From NCBI GenBank assembly GCA_040387855.1, contig JAZKCY010000001.1, forward strand, positions 846,922 through 910,921: a stretch of DNA of 64,000 bases. The letters are read 5' to 3'. Below are positions 29,312 through 37,238 of the stretch, piece by piece. Below the pieces are notes generated by a model. It was not told the DNA's origin. It did not search any database and saw only the letters and a list, made by a program, of their open reading frames with translations. This DNA is from Patescibacteria group bacterium. Its GTDB lineage: Bacteria > Patescibacteriota > Minisyncoccia > Phycocordibacterales > JAKAEA01. Position 1 is the first letter of the stretch. The number at the start of each line of letters is the position of its first letter. The position numbers were made by a program, and so were the translations under genes.

Positions 29312-29683
29312 TCACATGGCCTTCGGCCAGTTGGGACAACTCAACTTGTACATTCTCTTCTCCACTGCATCAATGTGATGCCAGTAGCACTTGAGGCATA
29401 CTGGACATTGCTTGATGATACAGCCAGAATCGGCTGTCCTATCCCCGCTTCGAGGAGGACAACACGTGGAGTAGCCTACTACATCTTCAAATCGTCCGAG
29501 ACTGTCTGTCAGCACGAAGCTACATCCCCGCTTAGCGCAGCGGTACTCACCGTGCGCAATCCGAGGACTCCACTGCACGCCCCACGAATCGTCGGTTGGC
29601 TTTGGAGCAGCACCCGAGCTCGTCATCTCAATCACCACCGGTACTAGCACTTGAAGTACCGCGGTTCCCACAATCTTTTCCAT
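29312..29683 (-). CDS. Island ORF 5: small Cys-rich protein (~124 aa; 10 Cys, zinc-ribbon/knottin-like pattern) with a hydrophobic N-terminus
   Basis: The ORF track gives 29312..29737, but the likely start is the ATG at revcomp 29681-29683 (MEKIVGTAVLQVLVPVVIE...). The AGGA of the SD sits in the loop of a perfect 8-bp hairpin, catacgaaAGGAttcgtatg. Cys clusters are CAKRGC, CCPP, CIIKQCPVCLKC and SCPNW. Confidence 0.5.
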   Translation of the reverse strand: MEKIVGTAVLQVLVPVVIEMTSSGAAPKPTDDSWGVQWSPRIAHGEYRCAKRGCSFVLTDSLGRFEDVVGYSTCCPPRSGDRTADSGCIIKQCPVCLKCYWHHIDAVEKRMYKLSCPNWPKAM

Positions 29684-29762
29684 ACGAATCCTTTCGTATG
29701 AATGCCTGAGGTTTAAGAACAGAAGTCCCGCCGACACATGCCGGCGGGATTGCCCGTTGGAT

Positions 29763-29790
29763 ATAATAGAATAAATACTAGTTTTGTCAA
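29763..29790 (-). promoter_or_regulatory. Near-consensus sigma70 promoter for island ORF 5 (TTGACA-16-TATTAT)
   Basis: Minus strand: TTGACAaaactagtatttattcTATTAT. It is followed in the 5' UTR by the GC hairpin cccgccg...cggcggg (29722-29743). Confidence 0.5.
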
Positions 29791-29808
29791 CGGATATCTC
29801 GTCGGGAT

Positions 29809-30438
29809 TTATCGGGCAGCAACGTTAATCTTATCCAGAATAATTTCGTGTTCATAATCAAGAATATCCCGAACAAGCTTATCGTAGACGCCTAATCGAT
29901 ACTGAAAATCTGCAGTTTCAAAAGAGGCATAACGAATTTCTTTTCCAAGCTCAGATTCTAGAGTTCGAACTACATTTTCAAGTGTTCCCTTTCGTAAATT
30001 ATCTCCAACAACGAGGAGATCAACACGCGAATCCCAATTTTGTATAAAAAATCCAGAAATAATAACAAGCTTAAGTTTACCAACACGAGCAAGCTTTCGT
30101 AATAACTCCTGGTTGCGCTGTTCACTAACATGCACCAAAAGATTCTTTAGTGGGTCTAAATATTCAAATGTGTAATCAAGCGTCCAGCCCATTACTCGAT
30201 GGCGTTCTATTTTTTTATTTTTTCCTCGGCCAACTTCTACATCTCTAAAAAAGCTTTTCTTTTTAAGCATGCCCATTTTTTCAAGCAATGAGAGTTCTTG
30301 TCGTGCCGCTGTTGGAGTTACTTTTGATCGTTCAATAACATGATCTATGTCATAGCTTTCTTCATTGTTAAACAAGAAAAGTCGCATGATTTTTACCTTT
30401 GCTGCTGAACCAAATAGTTTTTCGAGAATGTCGAGCAT
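29809..30438 (-). CDS. Putative winged-helix + minimal nucleotidyltransferase-domain protein (209 aa)
   Basis: N-terminal wHTH-like region. The central ...ISGFFIQNWDSRVDLLVVGD... resembles the GS-x(n)-DxD pol-beta-type NTase motif. Low-GC host-like composition. Confidence 0.4.
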   Translation of the reverse strand: MLDILEKLFGSAAKVKIMRLFLFNNEESYDIDHVIERSKVTPTAARQELSLLEKMGMLKKKSFFRDVEVGRGKNKKIERHRVMGWTLDYTFEYLDPLKNLLVHVSEQRNQELLRKLARVGKLKLVIISGFFIQNWDSRVDLLVVGDNLRKGTLENVVRTLESELGKEIRYASFETADFQYRLGVYDKLVRDILDYEHEIILDKINVAAR

Positions 30439-30527
30439 GTATGAAATCGGTTATGATTACTGGCTAGTATAGCATTCTCTTGGGTTCTGGAAAATTGACG
30501 ATATTTCTATGTATTGCCTGATATATA

Positions 30528-30563
30528 TAACAAAAGCTCCCACATCATAATGTGAGAGCTTTT
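30528..30563 (-). terminator. Rho-independent terminator after rplL
   Basis: Minus strand: aaaagctctcacattatgatgtgggagctttt followed by GTTATAT. Confidence 0.5.
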
Positions 30564-30582
30564 GTGTTAGAAAATCTAGAAA

Positions 30583-30990
30583 TTATTTCAATTCTACCTT
30601 TCCTCCAGCTGCTTCGATGTCTTTCTTCATCTTTTCAGCATCTTCCTTCTTTACTCCTTCCTTAAGGTTAGCAGGTGCTGATTCTACAAGAGTCTTTGCT
30701 TCTGCAAGACCGAGTGAAAGTGCTTCCTTAACTACCTTGATAACTGCAACCTTTGCTGCTCCGAAATCTTTAAGGTGAACGGTAAATGCTGACTTTTCTT
30801 CTGCAGGCGCTGCTGCTGCACCTCCCGCTGGAGCTGCTGCTACTGCTGCTGCTGAAACTCCGAATCGCTTTTCTAATACTTTAACAAGGTCATTGAGTTC
30901 GAGAACTGACATTTTCTCAATCTTCTCAACCATATCCTTGAACTGAGCTGGCACTTCTGCCGGAGCTGCATTCTGTACTTCTTCTGACAT
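30583..30990 (-). CDS. rplL: 50S ribosomal protein L7/L12
   Basis: The Ala-rich flexible hinge ([16 protein letters not shown]) and the C-terminal domain ...[38 protein letters not shown]... are typical of bL12. Confidence 0.9.
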   Translation of the reverse strand: MSEEVQNAAPAEVPAQFKDMVEKIEKMSVLELNDLVKVLEKRFGVSAAAVAAAPAGGAAAAPAEEKSAFTVHLKDFGAAKVAVIKVVKEALSLGLAEAKTLVESAPANLKEGVKKEDAEKMKKDIEAAGGKVELK

Positions 30991-31015
30991 AATGTTGAAA
31001 TTTAATTAGTAATTA

Positions 31016-31507
31016 TTATGCTGACTTTCCTTGTGCAATCTGATCCAATGCGATAACTACACGCTGGATTGGAGAATTGATAAGGTTAACGAACATTCCA
31101 TAGAGAGTTTCTCGAGGAGGAATAGCTGCAAGAGCAGTCATTTCATCCTTGGTCATGTACTTCCCTTCGAATACTCCTCCGAGGATAGAAAGTTTGCCAT
31201 CAAACTTTTTCTCGAATGTATACACTTCTCGTGCAGGTGCGAGGAGATCGTCTCCATATGCAAGTGCAAGCTCTCCATCAAGTTCAGGCATTTCACCTGT
31301 TACTCCCTTTTCTGTGAAAGCTTTCTTTGCGAGAGTCTTCTTAGCAACAGTATATTTTACTCCTGCTTTTCGAAGCTGCTGACGCATAGCTGTTGAATCA
31401 CCTACGGTCAAACCATGAAAGTTTACAAACACGACACTTTTAGCATCGTTTGCAACTTCTGATACTTTCTCTAATACTTCCTTCTTTTTGCTTTTTGGTA
31501 ATGGCAT
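31016..31507 (-). CDS. rplJ: 50S ribosomal protein L10
   Basis: Conserved uL10 block ...MRQQLRKAGVKYTVAKKTLAKKAF..., in the canonical rplJ-rplL order. Confidence 0.9.
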   Translation of the reverse strand: MPLPKSKKKEVLEKVSEVANDAKSVVFVNFHGLTVGDSTAMRQQLRKAGVKYTVAKKTLAKKAFTEKGVTGEMPELDGELALAYGDDLLAPAREVYTFEKKFDGKLSILGGVFEGKYMTKDEMTALAAIPPRETLYGMFVNLINSPIQRVVIALDQIAQGKSA

Positions 31508-31654
31508 GAGGTTTTAAAAACCTAAAAAATAAAATCGACCATCGGGCCGAATAGAGTGAATATATACATCGCTGTATATATTCGTACCTCGAGAGGTCTT
31601 GTGTAGGATTTCTCCCTACTGCCTCTTGTCTTTAGCCGATGTCGATATAATACA

Positions 31655-34621
31655 CTATTTTAGAAAGTTGTAAAGTAGTCTTTCTAGCTTAATAAACTGT
31701 CCCTTATTTGGATGTTGTACAAGCTTTTCTAAGACTTTTTTAAGCTGTGTTGATTGTCCTGACTGAAGCTGAATATCCACAATACCATCGTTATCAAAGT
31801 CTATTGGTAACTTTTTATCTTGCACTAAATTTCCAAGCTGAACATTGCTTACCATATCAGGAACAACTGGAATATCTTTATGTTCATGATGAGAAACAAC
31901 TGCATTATTAATTACATGATCAACAATTATTGTTGCAGTACCAAAATCTGTGCCTTTAAAAGTAAGTTCTAGATTAGGATTATAAGGAATACTCACATAC
32001 TTCCCTTCTCCATATTCCTGGTATGCGCCTTGTGGAATATTTTCATCTATAAACTTAACAGAAGAATTAGATACAGATGATGTTGAAATACCTAGATGAT
32101 TTCCCAAAGTATCATACACATCTATGCTTACGGGCGAATGAATACTAATTCGAATCTGATTTTGATCAGTCTCAAGCGTTGAAGTTGAAAAGTAACGAGA
32201 GATTATCTTTTTATCAGTAATTATATTATTTATAAGATCTTGAACTGGAGAAGCTTCAAGTATATTTGCATGCGATGTATGCGTGGCACCAGAATTATGA
32301 TACAGCGGGAAGTTGAAATAATAGGTCGGCTGATCGAGCATTGCTGCAGCACTTAGAGCAATAACGGTACCGTCTCCATCTCGAGAGTATGTAGGATTAT
32401 GAATTAAATAATCTTTGTCTCCACAAATAATATTGCATGCCTGAGTACGCTCAATGGAATATTTAACTCCCGCTAACGTATCAAGACCAGTACCAACAAC
32501 TTGATGAACAGTAATTCCCTGTGGTGGGAGCCATTCATCTTGTCTTTCGTGAGTTACTTCTGAACGAATAAGCAATGTCGGATTAGCAATATTTGGAGTT
32601 AAAAAATCATTTACTCCAGGGTCTTTCCGATCTTTTCGAAATGCTAGCAAAAATTCTCTAAATGTTGATGCATCATTAATTTCTGTTCCATATACAGACA
32701 AACTTGTACCCGAAGCTATTTGAACAACTGGAATAGTACTACGTTCTAAATATACTTTTGAGGGCAAAAGATTATAAGCGCTTGGCATATTTTCAGCTAA
32801 CAGGCGTGAACCTTTTTTGCTCATAATGAATCCTTGTAGATATACCTGCTCATCACTATGGAGTAGCGATGCTAAAGCTTTAGGTGTACCAAGTTGAGGA
32901 ACAGCAACAAATATTACATCGTCAAGCAAATATTCAAGATTTTCTTTCCTGATCTCATCAATTAGTGCTTTGGATAGTAATCCCCCATTGCTGTGTGCGA
33001 CTATAGTCACTTTTTTAGATTTAGATGATTCTGCTAAAGATTTAAATAGAGCTATAAGATTATAGCTGGCTCCATTTTCTAATTTTATATCTTTGGAAAT
33101 AATGTCGGTATAGTCTAATCGCCAATCGTATGGAGCTGCTTTCCATTGATTAATGAGCTTTTTATCCACCAGGTCATCCATAGCTTTCATAAAACTTTTG
33201 TATATTGTAGGACGATGAAATGGAATTATATTTATTTCATCCACAATATCTTTGGTATAAATATTTTCGTAGATACTTTTTCCATCTTCATTTAGCAATA
33301 AATCAAATATATCAGTATCGATGTTTGGTTCCCACAACTGATCTCCGTTTGTCAAAACTCTTGGTTTGTAGAGTCTACTAGCTTGAAGTCCCGGTAAAAA
33401 CAAAACATTAGAGCAACATATATCTTTTTTTTCTGGATCTTCCAATAACCATGGAGTAAACAGCACATTCGCAGGTTCAGGGTTTGGGCCTGTTGAATCT
33501 CCCCACCAATTATTTCGAGCATCAAATGCATGCTCAGTGGTACTTAAAATACTATCTTCATGATTATCTTTTATTGAACTATGTGAAATAGAGCCACCAA
33601 CTACACCATGTAGTTCTATTCCCCTTTTATTATTTTGAAAGATACTTGAAGTAACAGTGATATGAGCACCGTTGAAGCTCATTAAGCCACTCTCTTGAGC
33701 ATCTTGAATGGTACTTGAAGCTATAATCATATTTGTTTGACTATATGCTAGAACTGCATTTTGGAGGCTTCCAGTTATCGTTGAATTTAAAAGTGTAGCC
33801 TTAGTAAGATTAAAATTACTGCTATTAAATGCAGCAAGTGCAGAACCCATTCCATGATATGAAATCGTGGAATCAGAAATCTTTACGATGCTATTATTAA
33901 ACACATTAATTCCATCTTTAAGACTATCTTCTTCCCCAACATCAACTATACAGGCAATACAATTTAATTCACTTGAATTATAGAGAGTAATTCCTCCGTC
34001 TGAATGCTGAATTGTCGTCGAGGCAATGTCTACACTGCTGTGATTGAAAGCTGTTAAGCCATACGTAGGAATATTCTCTATACTCGAATTTATTAGATGC
34101 ACACGTGAGTTATCAGCTTGAATACCCTTTCTACTATCACTCATAAGCATGTTTTGTATTGTCAGCTGGGTATCTTTTGCTGAAATGCCGTTGTTTATAT
34201 ATCGAACTACTATATTTTTAAGGATTGACGGTTGTGATGAACGAAAAAAAATACCACCTATATCATCTTGTGATGGCAGTGAATTATTAAGATCTTCATT
34301 TGTATCACCACCAATATCATTATTAAACGAAGTGACGATAATCTTGTCATTTTCATTTCCTAGTAAATAAAGGCTTCCTTCCATATCTAAACTACCATTA
34401 TCAAATTTTATGATAACTCCAGGTTGTACAGTAATAATCACATCTTTTGGAACATAGACATCTCCTTGGATAACATACGGGCTATTATCCTTAGTCCATT
34501 CCATACTCTGCGTAACTCGTGAGTCTATATATGTGGTTGCTGATACTGATACAGGTGCAATTAAAATACATGAACCAGTAAGAATAAAAAATAAAGAAAT
34601 TTTAGAAATGAAATATCGCAT
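31655..34621 (-). CDS. Secreted protein with parallel beta-helix repeats and an alpha/beta-hydrolase (GxSxG lipase-like) domain (988 aa)
   Basis: N-terminal signal peptide. There are repeated N/S/T-rich segments of about 22 residues typical of right-handed beta-helix proteins. The central VTIVAHSNGGLL motif is a nucleophile elbow (AHSNGG). Confidence 0.55.
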   Translation of the reverse strand: MRYFISKISLFFILTGSCILIAPVSVSATTYIDSRVTQSMEWTKDNSPYVIQGDVYVPKDVIITVQPGVIIKFDNGSLDMEGSLYLLGNENDKIIVTSFNNDIGGDTNEDLNNSLPSQDDIGGIFFRSSQPSILKNIVVRYINNGISAKDTQLTIQNMLMSDSRKGIQADNSRVHLINSSIENIPTYGLTAFNHSSVDIASTTIQHSDGGITLYNSSELNCIACIVDVGEEDSLKDGINVFNNSIVKISDSTISYHGMGSALAAFNSSNFNLTKATLLNSTITGSLQNAVLAYSQTNMIIASSTIQDAQESGLMSFNGAHITVTSSIFQNNKRGIELHGVVGGSISHSSIKDNHEDSILSTTEHAFDARNNWWGDSTGPNPEPANVLFTPWLLEDPEKKDICCSNVLFLPGLQASRLYKPRVLTNGDQLWEPNIDTDIFDLLLNEDGKSIYENIYTKDIVDEINIIPFHRPTIYKSFMKAMDDLVDKKLINQWKAAPYDWRLDYTDIISKDIKLENGASYNLIALFKSLAESSKSKKVTIVAHSNGGLLSKALIDEIRKENLEYLLDDVIFVAVPQLGTPKALASLLHSDEQVYLQGFIMSKKGSRLLAENMPSAYNLLPSKVYLERSTIPVVQIASGTSLSVYGTEINDASTFREFLLAFRKDRKDPGVNDFLTPNIANPTLLIRSEVTHERQDEWLPPQGITVHQVVGTGLDTLAGVKYSIERTQACNIICGDKDYLIHNPTYSRDGDGTVIALSAAAMLDQPTYYFNFPLYHNSGATHTSHANILEASPVQDLINNIITDKKIISRYFSTSTLETDQNQIRISIHSPVSIDVYDTLGNHLGISTSSVSNSSVKFIDENIPQGAYQEYGEGKYVSIPYNPNLELTFKGTDFGTATIIVDHVINNAVVSHHEHKDIPVVPDMVSNVQLGNLVQDKKLPIDFDNDGIVDIQLQSGQSTQLKKVLEKLVQHPNKGQFIKLERLLYNFLK

Positions 34622-34777
34622 GGGTATATAACACCATGCGATAGATCAAATTTTCTTAAAGATACTATGAATTACTTATTTACCATCAAGAGGATAAGAA
34701 AGCTTACACATAATACAGTAAGAAATCCCGTGAGGAATTTAAAAAAATCTTTATCGAACATGAAATTATAATAACAC

Positions 34778-34806
34778 AAAACCCCGCCTTTCGGCGGGGT
34801 TTTGTT
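34778..34806. terminator. Bidirectional rho-independent terminator
   Basis: aaaaccccgcc ttcg gcggggtttt followed by GTT. It lies 35 nt downstream of the minus-strand gene's stop codon. Confidence 0.55.
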
Positions 34807-34840
34807 AACTAATCCAGATCCTTTAGCTTGCGCTAAGAGA

Positions 34841-36676
34841 TTATTTTACGAATGTAACTGGATTTGTCTTGAAGTCGTTCAATCCCCATGTCTGTGTAAC
34901 GGTTACTCCGTTTACAACAGCCTGAGCCTGAGTCAACTGAACCACTTCACTTGTAAGTGATCCGTTTCCAAGACCTGTAAGATCTGCAGTACTTACGTTG
35001 AATACAACTGTAACTGTGTATTCTGATCCTTCAGCAAGTACTGATGGGTTTCCAGAAACTGTTACACTGTCAGCTGATCCTAGACTTACTGCACTTGATG
35101 ATGAAGCAACAGTTGCTGTAAAGTCTGAAGCGACAGGAAGTGTCATAGAACCTCCAACTGGCTTAGCCTTTAGGTTGAATGTTGCTGTGATACCTGTTGA
35201 TGATGCAGTATTTCCTCCAGATAGCACTGCTGCTGTTGCTGAAGATGATGACCATCCTGGTGTTGCTGAGTAGAAGTACTGATTGTTTCCAGCAATTGTT
35301 GCTGAAGCTGTAGCAGTTGAACCATTTGGTTTATCGTAGCTTACAGAGTTAACTGTTGTACTTGCGATTGTTCCGTTGGTTGTTCCTGTTGGGAAATCAG
35401 CCTTAACTGTGAACACCTTTGTTGCGTCCTTTGCTACATTAACTGAAGAGTTACTGAAGCTAAAGGTTGTTGTTGTTGCATTTGTTCGTGAGTCAACAAG
35501 TGTTGATCCATCGTACAAGTACAATGTTGCTGCTGTAGTTGCTGATGATGAACTTGTTAGAGTTACACCAGTTACCTTAGCATCTCCGTCAACTGCTCGA
35601 ACTCCGAAAGTTGCAAGGGTTACTCCTTGTGCTCCTGAAGTTGAAGTTACTCGGTGTGTCTGTGAGAAAGGATTACTTGCATCGGCCTGTAGGGTCAATG
35701 TAGCTGCTCCTGGCTTCTTGAATGTGTGTGTTCGTGTAACTGTGTCGATATTGTAGTATGATACTACGTTATTTCCACTTGATACTCGGAGTGAGTTTGA
35801 TCCGTAACCTGAAACTACAACTGTTCGGTCGTTGTCAATTCCAGCGTTTGTGTTCACTGAGAATACAAGGTTCTTCATACCATCCTTTGGAACTGTAAGA
35901 CCAATGTCAGACAATCGAATGTAGTATACATTTGATGAGTCCTTGATAAAGTCAGATGAACCAACTGTCCATGACTTGAGAAGGGTTGATCCGTCCCATG
36001 CCTTGATAGTGTTCACGAAGTTTCCTGGGTTTTCGTAAGAAGTTGTTGTTGTGTTGTAAACAGATACTTCAAGGTCTGCTCGGTCGATCTTAACTGCTCC
36101 TAGCTTTGCTCGGAGGTCAAGTCCGTATACCTGAACATCAGTACTTGACTGAATGTTTGCATTGTTTGAAGGTGTTGCTGCCTGATTCACTTCAAGAGTT
36201 CCTTCTGTTCCAGGAGTTGATGTTGTTCCTCCTGTTGAGCAGAGTGCTCCTGTCATTGAATTGTAGATAGCTCCTGTTGCGCATCCAGGTGTAGGTGTTG
36301 TTGTTCCTCCAGTTGATCCTGTTCCCATTGTAGCAATGTATGCTCGTGTAATAGGTCCAAAGTATCCTGCTGCTGGTGAAATGTTAACACTTGCCTGCCA
36401 TGCTGCCAAAGCTGCCTTTGTAAGAGATCCGAAGTAACCTGTTGGGGCTACTGAAAGATATCCCTTAGTTGAAAGGATTGTTTGTAATTCTGTAACATCA
36501 GCTCCTCGTGAACCTACTGTAAGGTTTCGTGCGAATGATGTTGTTGTCTGAGCGTTAGCTGAGACAGTAGTAAGACCTACTACAAGGGTGAGTACCATTG
36601 CTACGCTCAAGAGCGCTGCAACAATCTTCTGTGATGATTTGATAGACATAATAAATAAGTTATATATAACTGTCAC
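34841..36676 (-). CDS. Secreted/cell-surface protein with a putative peptidoglycan-binding domain and a Thr/Ser-rich beta-rich C-terminal region (611 aa)
   Basis: GTG start 6 nt after GGGAG. There is a signal or anchor segment. The PG_binding_1-like region is LTVGSRGADVTELQTILSTKGYL...GYFGSLTKAALAAWQAS. A long T/S/G/A/V-rich region follows. Confidence 0.55.
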   Translation of the reverse strand: MTVIYNLFIMSIKSSQKIVAALLSVAMVLTLVVGLTTVSANAQTTTSFARNLTVGSRGADVTELQTILSTKGYLSVAPTGYFGSLTKAALAAWQASVNISPAAGYFGPITRAYIATMGTGSTGGTTTPTPGCATGAIYNSMTGALCSTGGTTSTPGTEGTLEVNQAATPSNNANIQSSTDVQVYGLDLRAKLGAVKIDRADLEVSVYNTTTTSYENPGNFVNTIKAWDGSTLLKSWTVGSSDFIKDSSNVYYIRLSDIGLTVPKDGMKNLVFSVNTNAGIDNDRTVVVSGYGSNSLRVSSGNNVVSYYNIDTVTRTHTFKKPGAATLTLQADASNPFSQTHRVTSTSGAQGVTLATFGVRAVDGDAKVTGVTLTSSSSATTAATLYLYDGSTLVDSRTNATTTTFSFSNSSVNVAKDATKVFTVKADFPTGTTNGTIASTTVNSVSYDKPNGSTATASATIAGNNQYFYSATPGWSSSSATAAVLSGGNTASSTGITATFNLKAKPVGGSMTLPVASDFTATVASSSSAVSLGSADSVTVSGNPSVLAEGSEYTVTVVFNVSTADLTGLGNGSLTSEVVQLTQAQAVVNGVTVTQTWGLNDFKTNPVTFVK

Positions 36677-37238
36677 ATTTTTCTCCCTCTTTATTATTAA
36701 TATATATAGAATGAGAGAAAAACATGTTTTTGACTTTTTGTGTTCTTTCTTTAAAGAACATCGACTTTCTTTTAAAGATCGAACGTTTTACTACAACAAC
36801 TGAAGCCTAACAATTGTCGCAGCATCTACACTATTTTTTTGTCTTTTGTTTGATCGACTCAAGACAAAAAAGTAGGTTTTGTGAGTAAGTCTGAATTTCT
36901 ATCGTTAGCAACAGTAGAGGGAAAAGTAATTCGGAAGTGCACACTCTCTATTCAATTTTCAATGTTCTTATTCGTTCAAACCCGATCGATTTCAGTATGC
37001 ATCGTAGTATAGCATAAACAGCTTCATGCTCAACAACGATGTGAGGACCTGGTTTGTGGATAACTAGCCTAATTTCGAATTTTATATCGATAATCCTGGC
37101 AGCATCCAGTTGGCGTATAATTACATACTGATCAACTAAAGTCAATAAATATATAGCTATAATTCCCAGTCCTACATTTACTACGACGAACGAAGAGATT
37201 AGTAACTTACGCTAAGAATTTTTACTTGATTACTTACA

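Noticed and set aside
26063-29647. Alternative-frame and antisense ORFs inside the GC-rich island (26063..26617, 26128..26373, 26490..26816, 27203..27859, 27205..27774, 27962..28573, 28024..28242, 28203..28397, 28704..29198, 28879..29073, 29033..29308, 29375..29647)
   Set aside because: Their translations are R/G/P/A-rich and low-complexity, typical of off-frame reading of high-GC DNA. Each overlaps a frame that yields a protein-like product (membrane helices or balanced composition) with a matching RBS, promoter and terminator.
31508-31654. Possible L10 autoregulatory leader or promoter upstream of rplJ
   Set aside because: A TTTACA-17-TATTAT-like match exists on the minus strand near 31625-31660, but it overlaps the stop region of the upstream ORF. 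I could not confirm an L10-leader fold by eye, so it is left as unannotated.
36833-36871. Inverted repeat ttttgtctt...aagacaaaa upstream of the 34841..36676 gene
   Set aside because: It is a perfect 9-bp stem but is not followed by a convincing T-run on either strand, and no gene terminates just before it. It was left unannotated as a terminator.
36990-37035. tRNA-like hairpin (gcatcgtagtatagcat...atgct...acgatgt) in the 36.7-37.2 kb non-coding stretch
   Set aside because: It is only about 44 nt with no T-loop (GTTCRANYC) or anticodon arm of proper size. It may be a small structured element but does not qualify as a tRNA. No other tRNA-like T-arm motifs were spotted in the window by eye, and tRNAscan-SE would be needed to be sure.
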